Shown here: positions 37,584 to 47,785 of the stretch, piece after piece | Layout of the letters: every line of letters starts with the position of its first letter | Numbering within the stretch: the first letter of the stretch is position 1 | NCBI GenBank assembly: GCA_019423565.1 | Contig: JAHZBE010000001.1 | Span: 189,944-253,943, forward strand | Length of the DNA stretch: 64,000 nt | Source: a bacterium | GTDB taxonomy: Bacteria; Bacillota_I; Bacilli_A; RF39; UBA660 | Direction of reading: 5' to 3' | Made by a program: the position numbers and the translations under genes | Notes under the pieces: model-generated | What the model saw: only the letters and a program-made list of their open reading frames with translations | What the model was told of the DNA's origin: nothing | Databases searched by the model: none

Positions 37584-38396
37584 TTATGTGATTTTTTTCT
37601 TATTTTTAGACAAATAATTTGTTAATAAGAAGGAAATTACCATAAAAATCATTGATAAAATACCTCTAAGACTAAATTCAAGTCCTGGAAATATAGATAA
37701 AGTAGATCCACACACAAATCCAATTATAATACTGTACGTTAAAGATAAATGTTTATTAAATAAATAATTTACAGCCTTAATTAGGATTATTACGCCAACA
37801 ATTATACCAATTATAAAAGGTATAAAAGAAATCCATTCAAAATAAGATAAGCTAAATGGGTTAGATAACATTAACAACACTTTCTCATACATTCCAAGTA
37901 GCATCATAAAAAACGAACTGCTTATGCCTGGAATAATTTTACCCGAAATGTATAAAATACCTGCTATAAAAAGTTTTATAGGATTTAAATTAGAAACATT
38001 ATCATAACTAATAACACTTGGAATTACAATAAGTAATAATGAAAAAATAACAGAAAAAATTAAAGTTTTCATTTTAAGAACCCCACCATTATCTTTTAAC
38101 TCATTAACAAGAATAGGCACTCCACCAAATATCAATCCTATAAATATATATTTCATTTGGAATTCGTAATATTCATATATTTTAAGGAGTATATTCCCAA
38201 AAATAATCACTCCAACCATAATTCCAATTATTATGGGAAATAATATAATGATTTTTTTTAATGTTTTTATACTAGAATCATTAAGTACAGTTAAAACTTT
38301 ATCATAAATACCAACTAGTATTGCTATTGCAGACCCACTAACACCCGGTAAAACAACTCCTATACCAATTAATATTGAAACAAGAAAACTATACAT
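37584..38396 (-). CDS. DUF368 membrane protein (PopT-type undecaprenyl-phosphate translocase family)
   Basis: Duplicated PGVSGS / PGISSS motifs in a polytopic protein. Confidence 0.75.
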   Translation of the reverse strand: MYSFLVSILIGIGVVLPGVSGSAIAILVGIYDKVLTVLNDSSIKTLKKIIILFPIIIGIMVGVIIFGNILLKIYEYYEFQMKYIFIGLIFGGVPILVNELKDNGGVLKMKTLIFSVIFSLLLIVIPSVISYDNVSNLNPIKLFIAGILYISGKIIPGISSSFFMMLLGMYEKVLLMLSNPFSLSYFEWISFIPFIIGIIVGVIILIKAVNYLFNKHLSLTYSIIIGFVCGSTLSIFPGLEFSLRGILSMIFMVISFLLTNYLSKNKKKIT

Positions 38397-39096
38397 TCTT
38401 TCTTTCCTTCTTTAGAAATTTTTTCACATCATAACCACTATCATATATAATTCTATCCACACCAATATTTTTTAACCTTTTTATTTCAGATTTACCCAAA
38501 ACACCCCATGCGCTTACAATAAAATTATTGTTTTTAAGCTTTGTAACCTCATCCTTGCTAAGGCAAATTGCAGTACAAAGTACATGGTTTAGTTTTATAT
38601 TTTTGCAATCTTTAATAATTGAATCGTTAACATCATATATCAACCAACCAAGTTTAATTGAATTATCCATTTCTCTTATTCTTTTGAGCAAATTGTATTT
38701 AAACGATATAAGCACGACATTTTTCAAACTATATTGTTTTAATGTATCTACTATGAGTTTTTCATAACCTGTTTCTTTTAATTCAATATATACATTTACA
38801 TTTCTTTCAGAAAAATTTTTTAAAAACTCAGTTAATCTAACAATTTTCTCTCCCTTATAATATTCATCTCCAAAATCCATATTTAATAATTCATCAAATG
38901 TATAATCAGCCACTTTACCACTATAATTAGATGTTCTATCAACAGATTTATCATGTATAAGTACAAGTACATCATCTTTTGTTTTTCTTAAGTCAGTTTC
39001 TATACCATCACTACCTACTAAATATGCTAAATAATAGGCGCTCATAGTATTTTCAGGAGCATATTTTGATTCACCTCTATGAGAATATACTTTCAT
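38389..39096 (-). CDS. Glycerophosphodiester phosphodiesterase
   Basis: HRGESKYAPENT and ETDLRKTKDDVLVLIHD motifs. Start trimmed to 39096 because the tRNA-fMet terminator lies inside the longer ORF. Confidence 0.85.
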   Translation of the reverse strand: MKVYSHRGESKYAPENTMSAYYLAYLVGSDGIETDLRKTKDDVLVLIHDKSVDRTSNYSGKVADYTFDELLNMDFGDEYYKGEKIVRLTEFLKNFSERNVNVYIELKETGYEKLIVDTLKQYSLKNVVLISFKYNLLKRIREMDNSIKLGWLIYDVNDSIIKDCKNIKLNHVLCTAICLSKDEVTKLKNNNFIVSAWGVLGKSEIKRLKNIGVDRIIYDSGYDVKKFLKKERKNV

Positions 39097-39127
39097 TTTA
39101 TCACCTATTATATAATATGATGAAAAT

Positions 39128-39150
39128 AAAAAAAAAGACTGAGCAGTCTT
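39128..39150 (-). terminator. Terminator after tRNA-fMet
   Basis: AAGACT-gctc-AGTCTT followed by T9 on the minus strand. Confidence 0.55.
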
Positions 39151-39163
39151 CATTAATCAATAT

Positions 39164-39240
39164 TGGTTGCGGGAGTAGGATTTGAACCTACGACCTTTGG
39201 GTTATGAGCCCAACGAGCTGCCAGACTGCTCCATCCCGCG
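39164..39240 (-). tRNA. Initiator tRNA-fMet(CAU)
   Basis: CGCGGGATGGAGCAG..., C1:A72 mismatch, three G-C pairs closing the anticodon stem, loop CTCATAA. Confidence 0.9.
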
Positions 39241-39254
39241 ATGTAAAAAATTAG

Positions 39255-39347
39255 TGGCGGAGAAAGAGGGATTCGAACCCCCGCGCCGGTTACCCGACCT
39301 CCTGGTTTTCAAGACCAGTCCCTTCAGCCAGACTTGGGTATTTCTCC
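39255..39347 (-). tRNA. tRNA-Ser(UGA)
   Basis: GGAGAAATACCCAAG..., long variable arm, loop CTTGAAA. Confidence 0.95.
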
Positions 39348-39351
39348 ATAA

Positions 39352-39440
39352 TGGTGCCTCAGGCCGGACTTGAACCGGCACGTGATTTAACTCACGCAGG
39401 ATTTTAAGTCCTGTGCGTCTACCAATTCCGCCACTAAGGC
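39352..39440 (-). tRNA. tRNA-Leu(UAA)
   Basis: GCCTTAGTGGCGGAATTGG..., long variable arm, loop CTTAAAA. Confidence 0.95.
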
Positions 39441-39476
39441 AAGCACCAATTATGTCCAATATCACTGGACTTCTTA

Positions 39477-39505
39477 ATTGTATAATAAAATTAATAATTT
39501 TTCAA
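39477..39505 (-). promoter_or_regulatory. Putative promoter of the Leu-Ser-fMet tRNA unit
   Basis: TTGAAA-17 nt-TACAAT on the minus strand. Confidence 0.45.
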
Positions 39506-39583
39506 GTCTTTTTTTTATTTTCTTCTAATTTTTATACAAAAAAATAAATAAAAACTCACATTACTGCGAGTTTACTTACTAAA

Positions 39584-39659
39584 TGGTGTCCTGTATGCGA
39601 CTTGAACGCATGACCCTTTGATTAAAAGTCAAATGCTCTACCAACTGAGCTAACAGGAC
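39584..39659 (-). tRNA. tRNA-Lys(UUU)
   Basis: GTCCTGTTAGCTCAG..., loop CTTTTAA. Confidence 0.95.
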
Positions 39660-39676
39660 ATATAACAACACAAACA

Positions 39677-39751
39677 TGGCTGCCTAGGCTAGATTCGAAC
39701 TAGCGCATGTCAGAGTCAAAGTCTGATGCCTTACCACTTGGCTACTAGGCA
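39677..39751 (-). tRNA. tRNA-Gln(UUG)
   Basis: TGCCTAGTAGCCAAGTGGTAAGGC..., loop CTTTGAC. Confidence 0.95.
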
Positions 39752-39756
39752 AGCTA

Positions 39757-39840
39757 TGGTGGGGAGAAGTGGATTCGAACCACTGAACCCTAAGGAGCAG
39801 ATTTACAGTCTGCCGCGTTTAGCCACTTCGCTATCTCCCC
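39757..39840 (-). tRNA. tRNA-Tyr(GUA)
   Basis: GGGGAGATAGCGAAGTGG..., long variable arm, loop CTGTAAA. Confidence 0.95.
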
Positions 39841-39843
39841 AAG

Positions 39844-39919
<76 letters not shown>

Positions 39920-39924
39920 ATAAA

Positions 39925-40001
39925 TGGTGGACTCTACAGGACTCGAACCTGTGACCCCCTGCTTGTAAGGCAGGTGCTCTAACCAACTGAGCTAAGAATC
40001 C
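39925..40001 (-). tRNA. tRNA-Val(UAC)
   Basis: GGATTCTTAGCTCAGTTGG..., loop CTTACAA. Confidence 0.95.
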
Positions 40002-40020
40002 AGTGACATTGACATGATTA

Positions 40021-40049
40021 AATATAACATTGATATTTAAATTTGTCAA
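40021..40049 (-). promoter_or_regulatory. Putative promoter of the Val-Thr-Tyr-Gln-Lys tRNA operon
   Basis: TTGACA-17 nt-TATATT on the minus strand, about 20 nt upstream of tRNA-Val. Confidence 0.5.
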
Positions 40050-40071
40050 TGGAATTTTGAAATTTTTTTAA

Positions 40072-40449
40072 TTATTTATTCAATTTATTATTTTCTTTGC
40101 AAGAAATCTCTTCCATTTTACAAGAAATCCACTCTGGAAGTATCTCGTCAAACAAATCAAATCCTAAATTTGTATCAGACAATTTAGTTCGTTTTCTTTT
40201 TTTAGTTTTTCCATTTTTATCTAAAATCATACTTAATTTTATTTGTTTTTTTTCTTCATCCACATCTAAAATTCTTACCTTTTTTTTATCGCCAATTTTA
40301 AACACATCATTTATATCCTTTATAAAAAGGCCATTAATCTCTGATATATGGATAAGTCCACCATACTCATTATCCACCTTTGCGAATGCGCCATAAGGTT
40401 TTAGTGCTGTAATTTCAACTTCAATTATTTCATCTTTTTTATACAACAT
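40072..40449 (-). CDS. S1 RNA-binding domain protein (YabR/GSP13-like)
   Basis: ALKPYGAFAKVDNEYGGLIHISEI...GDKKKVRILDVDEEKKQIKLS. Confidence 0.8.
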   Translation of the reverse strand: MLYKKDEIIEVEITALKPYGAFAKVDNEYGGLIHISEINGLFIKDINDVFKIGDKKKVRILDVDEEKKQIKLSMILDKNGKTKKRKRTKLSDTNLGFDLFDEILPEWISCKMEEISCKENNKLNK

Positions 40450-40550
40450 AATGCACCTCTTATATTATTTATTATAACATATAATATCTTTTTTTATAAT
40501 TATCTTTACTACTTTTTAAAATATATGTATAATTTATTTGGAGGTTTACT

Positions 40551-40781
40551 ATGAAAGTTGAAGATCAAATAAAAGAAATTATAGAAAAAATTAGACCATT
40601 TTTAATAAACGATGGTGGAGATGTGAAATTTGTTAAATTTGAAAATGGTACTGCATATGTAAAAATGGCAGGTAACTGTGCAAACTGTTTATATTCTGAC
40701 CTAACTATGTCAGAAACAATAGAAACAATATTAACATCAGAAATACCAGAAGTTACAAAGGTAGAAGAATACAGAGATTAA
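40551..40781 (+). CDS. NifU-like (Nfu) Fe-S cluster domain protein
   Basis: IRPFLINDGGDVKFV...GNCANC...TIETIL. Confidence 0.85.
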   Translation: MKVEDQIKEIIEKIRPFLINDGGDVKFVKFENGTAYVKMAGNCANCLYSDLTMSETIETILTSEIPEVTKVEEYRD

Positions 40782-41701
40782 TTTTTATCCTGTAACCACT
40801 CAATAGGTTCCAAGCGAGCCTTTTTTTCATATAAAATAAATTTATATATAGTATTTAAAAGTGATTCATACTCATCAGTTCTATCAATTATATTTATAAC
40901 AAGTTCCTCACTTTTACCTTTATTTATTATATCATCATAAATATCAAAATAATAAGTTGGAAATAAAAGTCTTCCAAGCAAAAGAATATATTCATTTTTA
41001 GTTAAATTTGCCATATTAAAATATGACTTTAAATCATATAAGTTTAACGTTTTATTATAAAAAGTTTCCTTTATAAATTCAGCAACATCCCTTACTCTAC
41101 TATCAACAACAAAGTTTAAAGGATCATAAAAATTTAAACTTCCCCTTTCTTGATATATTCTTTTATGACTCACAACTAAATTTACATTAGTTTTGGAATC
41201 CAAATTATTCACAAGATAGCTAATAGCATTTTCACCCATTCCAATAAAATAACTTAAACTATCACACAACAATGGATATTTTTTCCCCACCTGACTAATC
41301 TGATATTCGTAATAATCTATTTTTTCACTCCATAATTTTATCCAATCATTCCTCACCAAACTTTTATCACATTCTATATTAACAGTCATATTTTGAATAT
41401 AATTTATATCATTTAAAAATACCTTATCATTTTTATACTTACAAAGCTTAATTAGAACATATGAAATACCATTTACTACAGTTATAATACTTTTGTCTTT
41501 ATTTAAAACAAGTTCATGAACAAGGCATCTTCTCTTTTTCATTTCAAGATTAAGCTTATATATACTCTGTACATCATCATATGGTCTATTTAATGGTACA
41601 AAATAATATTCATCACCACCATAATAAAAATAATAACAATTATCTTTTTTTATAAGTTCATCTAAAAAAATATTATAATAAAAATTAATGGTATTCTTCA
41701 T
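40778..41701 (-). CDS. CotS/YutH-like kinase-fold spore coat protein (tentative)
   Basis: Size, the WIKLWSEKIDYYEYQ...GENAISYL pattern, and a neighbouring nfu-like gene as for B. subtilis yutH/yutI. Catalytic motif not clear. Confidence 0.45.
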   Translation of the reverse strand: MKNTINFYYNIFLDELIKKDNCYYFYYGGDEYYFVPLNRPYDDVQSIYKLNLEMKKRRCLVHELVLNKDKSIITVVNGISYVLIKLCKYKNDKVFLNDINYIQNMTVNIECDKSLVRNDWIKLWSEKIDYYEYQISQVGKKYPLLCDSLSYFIGMGENAISYLVNNLDSKTNVNLVVSHKRIYQERGSLNFYDPLNFVVDSRVRDVAEFIKETFYNKTLNLYDLKSYFNMANLTKNEYILLLGRLLFPTYYFDIYDDIINKGKSEELVINIIDRTDEYESLLNTIYKFILYEKKARLEPIEWLQDKN

Positions 41702-41748
41702 ACTTTCACCTACATAAATATATGATTAAATGCAAAAAAAAAGAAGCA

Positions 41749-43290
41749 TTATCTTGCTTCTTCTACTGCTCTTGTTTCTCTTATTACAGTTATTCTTATT
41801 GTACCAGGATATTGCATTTCATTTTCAATCCTATCTTTAATATCACGGGCAACCTTGATAGATGTTAATTCATCCATATCTTCAGGTTTTACAATAACTC
41901 TTAAATCTCTTCCAGCCTGCATTGCAAATGATTTTTCTACGCCATCAAATGAATTTGCAATTTCTTCTAATTGCTGTAATCTCTTTACATAGTTTTCTAA
42001 AGAATCATTTCTTGCACCAGGTCTTGATGCGCTAATTGTATCTGCAATTGCAACTAATGAAGAAATAATACTTGTTGCAGGAGTATCGCCATGGTGTGAT
42101 GCAATCGCATTTATTACAACTTCATCTTCATCATATTTTTTTGCAATCTTTTCACCAATTTCTACATGACTTCCTTCAGCTTCAAAATCAATTGCCTTAC
42201 CAATATCATGAAGTAACCCTGCTCTCTTAGCAAGTGAAACATTTTCCCCAACTTCTGCAGCTAAAAGTCCTGCCAAATTAGCAACTTCAATAGAATGTTG
42301 TAACGCATTTTGACCATAACTTGTTCTAAAATGTAATTTACCAATAATTTCAACTAATTCAGGATCAATTTTAGATATCCCAAGTCCAAATATTGCTTCC
42401 TCACCTTTTTCAATGATTTTTGCATTTATTTCTTTACATGTCTTATCATATATTTCTTCAATTCTACCTGGATGTATTCTTCCATCCTTTATTAAATTTT
42501 CAATTGTAACCTTTGCAATCTCTCTTCTAAGTGGATCAAAACTAGAAAGTACTATTGTTTCTGGTGTATCATCAATAATTAAATCAACACCTGTTACTGC
42601 TTCAATTGTTCTTATATTTCTTCCTTCTCTACCAATAATTCTACCTTTCATATCATCATTTGGTAAATTAATTACTGATATCGTAGCCTCATTTGTAACA
42701 TCTGACGCATATTTTTGCATTGCAAGTGTTAATAAATTTTTTGCCTTTTTATCAACATCAAGTTTTGCTTCTGCTTCCTTGTCTTTTATATATGCTGCAA
42801 TTTCTTTAGTCATTGATTCTTCAACATGTTTCATGACCATTTTTCTTGCTTCTTCTTTAGAAAATCCAGAAATCTTTTCTAGTTTTTCAAGTTGCTCTTT
42901 TAAAACCCCATCAGTTTTCTCTTCTAACGCCTGAATATCCTTTTGTCTTTGTACTAAATTGTTTTCTTTTTCTGATAATAAATTTTCTCTATCTTGGAGA
43001 ATTTGATCTCTTCTATCTATACTATTTTCTCTTTGTTGTAATCTATCTTCTAAATCCTTTACTTCAAGTTTTTTCTCTTTAACTTCTCTATCTACATCTT
43101 GTTTTAATTTATATTGTTCTTCTTTTATTTCTAAGATAGTATCTCTTTTTAATTTTTCTGCTTCTTTTTTTGCTTTTTCAATTATATTATCAGATTTCTT
43201 TTCTTTTGACTTCATTATAAGTACTGCACCAAATATTGTTAGTAGTGCGCCAAAAATCAATCCAAGAGTAGAAAATAATAATTTTTCCAT
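41749..43290 (-). CDS. rny: Ribonuclease Y
   Basis: N-terminal TM, coiled coil, KH ([12 protein letters not shown]) and HD (LLHDIGKA) domains. Confidence 0.95.
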   Translation of the reverse strand: MEKLLFSTLGLIFGALLTIFGAVLIMKSKEKKSDNIIEKAKKEAEKLKRDTILEIKEEQYKLKQDVDREVKEKKLEVKDLEDRLQQRENSIDRRDQILQDRENLLSEKENNLVQRQKDIQALEEKTDGVLKEQLEKLEKISGFSKEEARKMVMKHVEESMTKEIAAYIKDKEAEAKLDVDKKAKNLLTLAMQKYASDVTNEATISVINLPNDDMKGRIIGREGRNIRTIEAVTGVDLIIDDTPETIVLSSFDPLRREIAKVTIENLIKDGRIHPGRIEEIYDKTCKEINAKIIEKGEEAIFGLGISKIDPELVEIIGKLHFRTSYGQNALQHSIEVANLAGLLAAEVGENVSLAKRAGLLHDIGKAIDFEAEGSHVEIGEKIAKKYDEDEVVINAIASHHGDTPATSIISSLVAIADTISASRPGARNDSLENYVKRLQQLEEIANSFDGVEKSFAMQAGRDLRVIVKPEDMDELTSIKVARDIKDRIENEMQYPGTIRITVIRETRAVEEAR

Positions 43291-43484
43291 ATTTTCCCTC
43301 CATGATTTTTATTTATATATATTAATATTATTTAATCTATATATACTTTTAGTATAAAGTTTATTTTAAATAAAGTCAATAGCGATAGTTTTTTAACAAA
43401 AATAATTATTTATATTTTTAGAACAAATTACAACCAATAAGAATTATACAAATATATTTTTAGAGTTCAATAAAAGAAAAACAA

Positions 43485-44108
43485 TTACGATCTGTAATTG
43501 TCATCATTTTCATCTTCTAAGCCATTTTTAATACCCTTTGTAACACCTTTTGCAATTTCACCAGCTGCATTTCCAATAGTTGGTGCCATTTCATCAATGC
43601 TTTCTTTAGCAACAGGCATAGTTTGTTGTGTTGTAAATGCAAGAATATGTCTTCCTTTTGCAAAAGCCAAAACAAAAACAAAAATACCAATTGTTGCAAA
43701 ACAAATAAATGCACCAAACATGATTGAAGTAATATTTGAAAATTCGCTTATACTATTTTTAGCAGCACAATATTCTTTTGTTATAGAATTATTTTTGTAT
43801 TCATCAAATTCGCAATGTGGAAAACTAGGATCAAGTGCTTTAGTTATAATATATAAATCATATTTTTCACCATCAGTATATTCAGAACTTTCATCATACT
43901 CTATACCTTTATTTATAAGTTCATTTCTTTTTACTTCAAGTTCCTTTTCCAGAGTTTCAACTTTTGAAGTCGCTGGCTTTGCAATACCACGATATATTAA
44001 AAAACCACCTATAAATAAACCAACTACTAAAATTAATATTGCAAATACAGTAATACCTTTCTCAGTTTTTTGATATTTCTCTTCATTTAAATATTTTTTC
44101 TCATCCAT
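43485..44108 (-). CDS. Hypothetical membrane protein
   Basis: AAGGAG SD 8 nt before the ATG at 44108. Two TM segments flank a soluble Cys-containing loop. Confidence 0.55.
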   Translation of the reverse strand: MDEKKYLNEEKYQKTEKGITVFAILILVVGLFIGGFLIYRGIAKPATSKVETLEKELEVKRNELINKGIEYDESSEYTDGEKYDLYIITKALDPSFPHCEFDEYKNNSITKEYCAAKNSISEFSNITSIMFGAFICFATIGIFVFVLAFAKGRHILAFTTQQTMPVAKESIDEMAPTIGNAAGEIAKGVTKGIKNGLEDENDDNYRS

Positions 44109-44276
44109 ACAATTAACTCCTTCACTCATTATAATAATATAACATTTTTATTTTTTTTGCTAGTATAATCACAAATTACTAAAAAAACTGTACACTAATA
44201 ACTTTTTTAAATTTATGAATTACATTTTATAAAGAATATCAATCACATTTCATACAATTTAATGAGGAGTTTTACT

Positions 44277-44558
44277 ATGAATTTAATACCAAACATACCA
44301 CCAAAATTATTTTCATTAAGCGCTGTTGCAGTTGGTTATTTATTAATAGATGATACAACGGCAAATGAACAAAATGCACTTGGAAACTGGCTTATGCTTG
44401 TTGCACAAATTCTTTGTACAAATGCTTTTTATAAGCAAGTTATGCAAGAACGTGGCCTTAATAATACTAAAAGCGATAGTGAACAAACAATAGTTATGAT
44501 GCAAAAAATGATGGATGCTCTGCAAAAAGAAATTGACGAAATAAAAAAAGGAAATTAA
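44277..44558 (+). CDS. Hypothetical small protein
   Basis: GAGGAG SD 7 nt before the ATG at 44277. Hydrophobic N-terminus with ANEQNALGNWLMLVAQ. Confidence 0.5.
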   Translation: MNLIPNIPPKLFSLSAVAVGYLLIDDTTANEQNALGNWLMLVAQILCTNAFYKQVMQERGLNNTKSDSEQTIVMMQKMMDALQKEIDEIKKGN

Positions 44559-44561
44559 TTC

Positions 44562-44828
44562 CTATTTATTTGTATTATGATAATAATTAAATTCAGAAAG
44601 TTCAATTGAAAGTGCTTGTAAGTCATCCGCATCATAAACTTCTTCAAGTGCTGTTTCTACTTCGTACATTAAAGACTTTATATCATTAAATTTTTTATAA
44701 TCAATTTCATATCTTTTTAAAATTTCTATCTGTCTATTCGATAAATATAAATTATCACTTATTTTATTAAGTTTATTATCATAAATCGATTTTTTTGCTA
44801 TTTCATTTATTTCTTCATCACTATACAT
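44562..44828 (-). CDS. Hypothetical protein (88 aa)
   Basis: Starts 1 nt after the stop of the upstream 288-aa ORF. Confidence 0.5.
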   Translation of the reverse strand: MYSDEEINEIAKKSIYDNKLNKISDNLYLSNRQIEILKRYEIDYKKFNDIKSLMYEVETALEEVYDADDLQALSIELSEFNYYHNTNK

Positions 44829-44829
44829 A

Positions 44830-45696
44830 TTATTTATCCTTTAATTCATATTTTTTCACAGAATCAAGTATTTTTTCTTTATCATCTGATACACTTATAT
44901 TATAATTTTCACTATTTAACTTATAGAAAATCACATTATTAGCATTTATCTGATAAATTAAATCATAAGGTAATTTATCAATATCATGATTTTCCAAATA
45001 TTTTTTTACATATTCTAAATTATAATTATCACTTTCTACTTCAGCAGTTAAAAGTTCATCATTATATAATTCATTCATCTTTTCCATATAATTTATTATT
45101 AAAACATTATTTTTAATCATCTCTAGAAGGATTTTTTCAGCAGATTTTTTATCGATCAATAAAAATGTATGTAAGAATATTGCGGATTCATCTAGCAAAT
45201 CTTCTACAGAATATTTTGAATTCATACAAGATGATACTTTTTTACCAATATATTCTGCATCTACATCTTTATTGTAACTTTCTAAATCAGAATCAAATAA
45301 AGTATTTATTCTTTTAATATTATCAATATCATTTTCATTTAAGCATTTTCTTCTAAGAATTTTATGAAAAACACTAGAATTATAAAATTCTATCATTTCT
45401 TTCATTGCTAAAGAAAATAATTCTGTTGAAGAAGAAATTTTATCATTAAATTCGTCAAAAGATGATATACTTTTTAACATTTCAAATACTTCACTATCAA
45501 ATTCAGATAATGTATTGCATTTTTGCATCAATGCATATTTTGAATACAAATCATTATATGCAGTCATTTTAAGCATTGTATCAAAAACTTTAGCAATTTT
45601 ATCTTCATCAGTATCTAAAGAGCCATCAAATTTTATATCAAATGATCCATCCATCCATGTATAAATTTGGTCCAAAAGTATTTTTGAAATTTTCAT
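44830..45696 (-). CDS. Hypothetical acidic protein (288 aa); 5' end uncertain
   Basis: Long ORF with no SD before its ATG. A strong-SD ATG lies 43 nt upstream in another frame. Confidence 0.5.
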   Translation of the reverse strand: MKISKILLDQIYTWMDGSFDIKFDGSLDTDEDKIAKVFDTMLKMTAYNDLYSKYALMQKCNTLSEFDSEVFEMLKSISSFDEFNDKISSSTELFSLAMKEMIEFYNSSVFHKILRRKCLNENDIDNIKRINTLFDSDLESYNKDVDAEYIGKKVSSCMNSKYSVEDLLDESAIFLHTFLLIDKKSAEKILLEMIKNNVLIINYMEKMNELYNDELLTAEVESDNYNLEYVKKYLENHDIDKLPYDLIYQINANNVIFYKLNSENYNISVSDDKEKILDSVKKYELKDK

Positions 45697-45791
45697 TTAA
45701 TCTATTAATACTTTTTCTTACTTCTTTATTATAATTCATATTAATCCCCCCTTTAAAGCATCAACTAACTGGCTAGTATAGATTATATTAT

Positions 45792-47021
45792 CTATTTTGT
45801 CAAATTAGAAACTGCTTTTATTATAGCAATTTTACCATATTCATAAGTTAAAGAACCTTGCATATATGCAATATAGGGTTTTCTAATTGGTCCATCACAA
45901 GAAAGTTCTATTGAAGAACCTTGTGTAAATGTACCAGCCGCCATTATTACTTTATCTTCATATCCAGGCATATCCCATGGCATAGGAATAGCAAATGAGT
46001 CTACTGGTGATGCCATTTGAATACCTTGACAATACTTAACTAAATCCTCTTCTTTTCCAAATTCAATATTTTGAACAATATCTACTCTTTCATCATTGTA
46101 TCTTGGTTCTACTTTATATCCTAATTCTTCTAATACTTTACTTGCAAGTACAGCGGTTTTAAGTGCTGATGCAACCACACTTGGTGAGAAGAATAACCCC
46201 TCTAAAATTTGTTTATTAATACCAAGTGTTGGACCTACTTCCCTACCTTCACCTGGAAGCGTTAATCTTTCACCAGCTAAATCTACTAATCTTTTTTTAC
46301 CAACGATATAAGCACCATTAGGAGCAATTCCTCCACCTAAATTCTTTATAAGTGAACCAACTATTATATCCGCACCCATTTCAATTGGTGAAACCTTATC
46401 TACAAATTCACAGTAACAATTATCAACCATAATAATTACGTCTTTATCATAATTTCTAATTAAATCTACTACTTTTTTTATTTTTGAATTCGATATACTT
46501 TTTCTTGTGGAATATCCTTTTGATCTTTGTATTTCAATTAACTTTATTTTTGATTTATTTAATCTTTCTTCTATTTTTTCATAATCAAAATCATCATTAA
46601 TTAAATCGATTTGTTCATAATTTACACCAAATGATTTTAATGAGCTATCATTTGGAACAATGCCTATAACTTCATGAAGTGTATCATAAGGAAGTCCACT
46701 TATACTAAGCATAGTGTCACCAGGTCTTAAATACGCAAATAGAGCAACTGTAAGAGCATGTGAACCTGATATAAATTGACTTCTAACAAGAGCATCCTCT
46801 GCGCCAAAAATTTCAGCATATATCTTTTCTATTACATCTCTACCAATATCATCATATCCATAACCTGTTGTTTGTGAAAAATGTGCTTCTGATAATTTAT
46901 TGTTCCAAAAAGCATTTAAAACTTTCAAACTATTATATTCACAAATTTCATCTATTTTTTTAAACTCTTTATCTAATTCTTTCTCTGAATCATTTACTAA
47001 TTTTATTATTTTTTCGTCCAT
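45792..47021 (-). CDS. YnbB-family PLP-dependent enzyme (methionine gamma-lyase-like, 'aluminium resistance protein')
   Basis: N-terminal NSLKVLNAFWNNKLSEAHFSQTTGYGYDDIGRD and overall collinearity with the family. Confidence 0.75.
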   Translation of the reverse strand: MDEKIIKLVNDSEKELDKEFKKIDEICEYNSLKVLNAFWNNKLSEAHFSQTTGYGYDDIGRDVIEKIYAEIFGAEDALVRSQFISGSHALTVALFAYLRPGDTMLSISGLPYDTLHEVIGIVPNDSSLKSFGVNYEQIDLINDDFDYEKIEERLNKSKIKLIEIQRSKGYSTRKSISNSKIKKVVDLIRNYDKDVIIMVDNCYCEFVDKVSPIEMGADIIVGSLIKNLGGGIAPNGAYIVGKKRLVDLAGERLTLPGEGREVGPTLGINKQILEGLFFSPSVVASALKTAVLASKVLEELGYKVEPRYNDERVDIVQNIEFGKEEDLVKYCQGIQMASPVDSFAIPMPWDMPGYEDKVIMAAGTFTQGSSIELSCDGPIRKPYIAYMQGSLTYEYGKIAIIKAVSNLTK

Positions 47022-47022
47022 A

Positions 47023-47742
47023 CTAATCCTCCAACTCTATTATCATACCACTTTTAATCTGTTCATCTTTTATAATATTAATTATTTGCTTTGATACATC
47101 TTCTACTGTGGATAATTTTTCTTGACCTATTCTTTTAAGTTCACTATCTAAAAATTCTGGATTCATCTCCCTTATGCTTTCTGTATCAATCCACCCAGGC
47201 ATAACTGCAATGACTTTAACATTTTTTAGTGCAAGGGATAAAGTTTTAGTTAATGAATTAAGTCCAGCCTTACTCGCACAATAATCCATACTTATATCAT
47301 TGTATGTGCTAACAGCATCTTTTGATGAGATATTAACAATTATACCATCATTCATATATTTATATGCATATTTTGAAACAAGAAAAGGCCCAACCAAATT
47401 TGTTTCAAGTACTTTCATAAATTCTTCTTTTGTTTTATCATAAATATAATTATCCTGTGCATAAGCAGCATTATTTATAACAATGTCTATCTTACCAAAG
47501 TTATCCACAATATAAGTTATCGTATTTTTTATAGAATTTTCATCTGTTACATCACATTTAATACTTAATGATTTTACATTATATTTTTCTTCTATATTTT
47601 TTTTTAGCCACTCTGCTTTTTCTTTACTTTTATTATATCCAATTATTACATTGCATCCATTTTTTAATAACTCTTCTATTAAACCTTTTCCAAGTCCAAT
47701 AGACGCACCAGTTACAAAAACTACTTTTTTATTTAAATCCAA
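47023..47742 (-). CDS. SDR-family oxidoreductase
   Basis: VTGASIGLG, NNAA and Y..ASK motifs. Start moved to the TTG at 47742 because TGATATAAT lies inside the longer ORF and AAGGAAGTGG precedes the TTG. Confidence 0.8.
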   Translation of the reverse strand: MDLNKKVVFVTGASIGLGKGLIEELLKNGCNVIIGYNKSKEKAEWLKKNIEEKYNVKSLSIKCDVTDENSIKNTITYIVDNFGKIDIVINNAAYAQDNYIYDKTKEEFMKVLETNLVGPFLVSKYAYKYMNDGIIVNISSKDAVSTYNDISMDYCASKAGLNSLTKTLSLALKNVKVIAVMPGWIDTESIREMNPEFLDSELKRIGQEKLSTVEDVSKQIINIIKDEQIKSGMIIELED

Positions 47743-47785
47743 GAATACCACTTCCTTAAAAAATATTATATCATTATTCATATAG

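Noticed and set aside
39096-39153. N-terminal extension of the GlpQ ORF to 39153
   Set aside because: The extension covers the tRNA-fMet terminator hairpin and T-run. The conserved HRGES motif starts right after the Met at 39096.
39182-39465. ORFs 39182-39373 (+) and 39202-39465 (-)
   Set aside because: They overlap tRNA-fMet, tRNA-Ser and tRNA-Leu and are spurious.
43498-44073. 191-aa plus-strand ORF almost fully antisense to the 43485-44108 membrane protein gene
   Set aside because: The S/F/L/I-rich composition is typical of the antisense frame of an AT-rich gene. It has no SD, whereas the minus-strand ORF has AAGGAG and a native-looking K/E-rich sequence.
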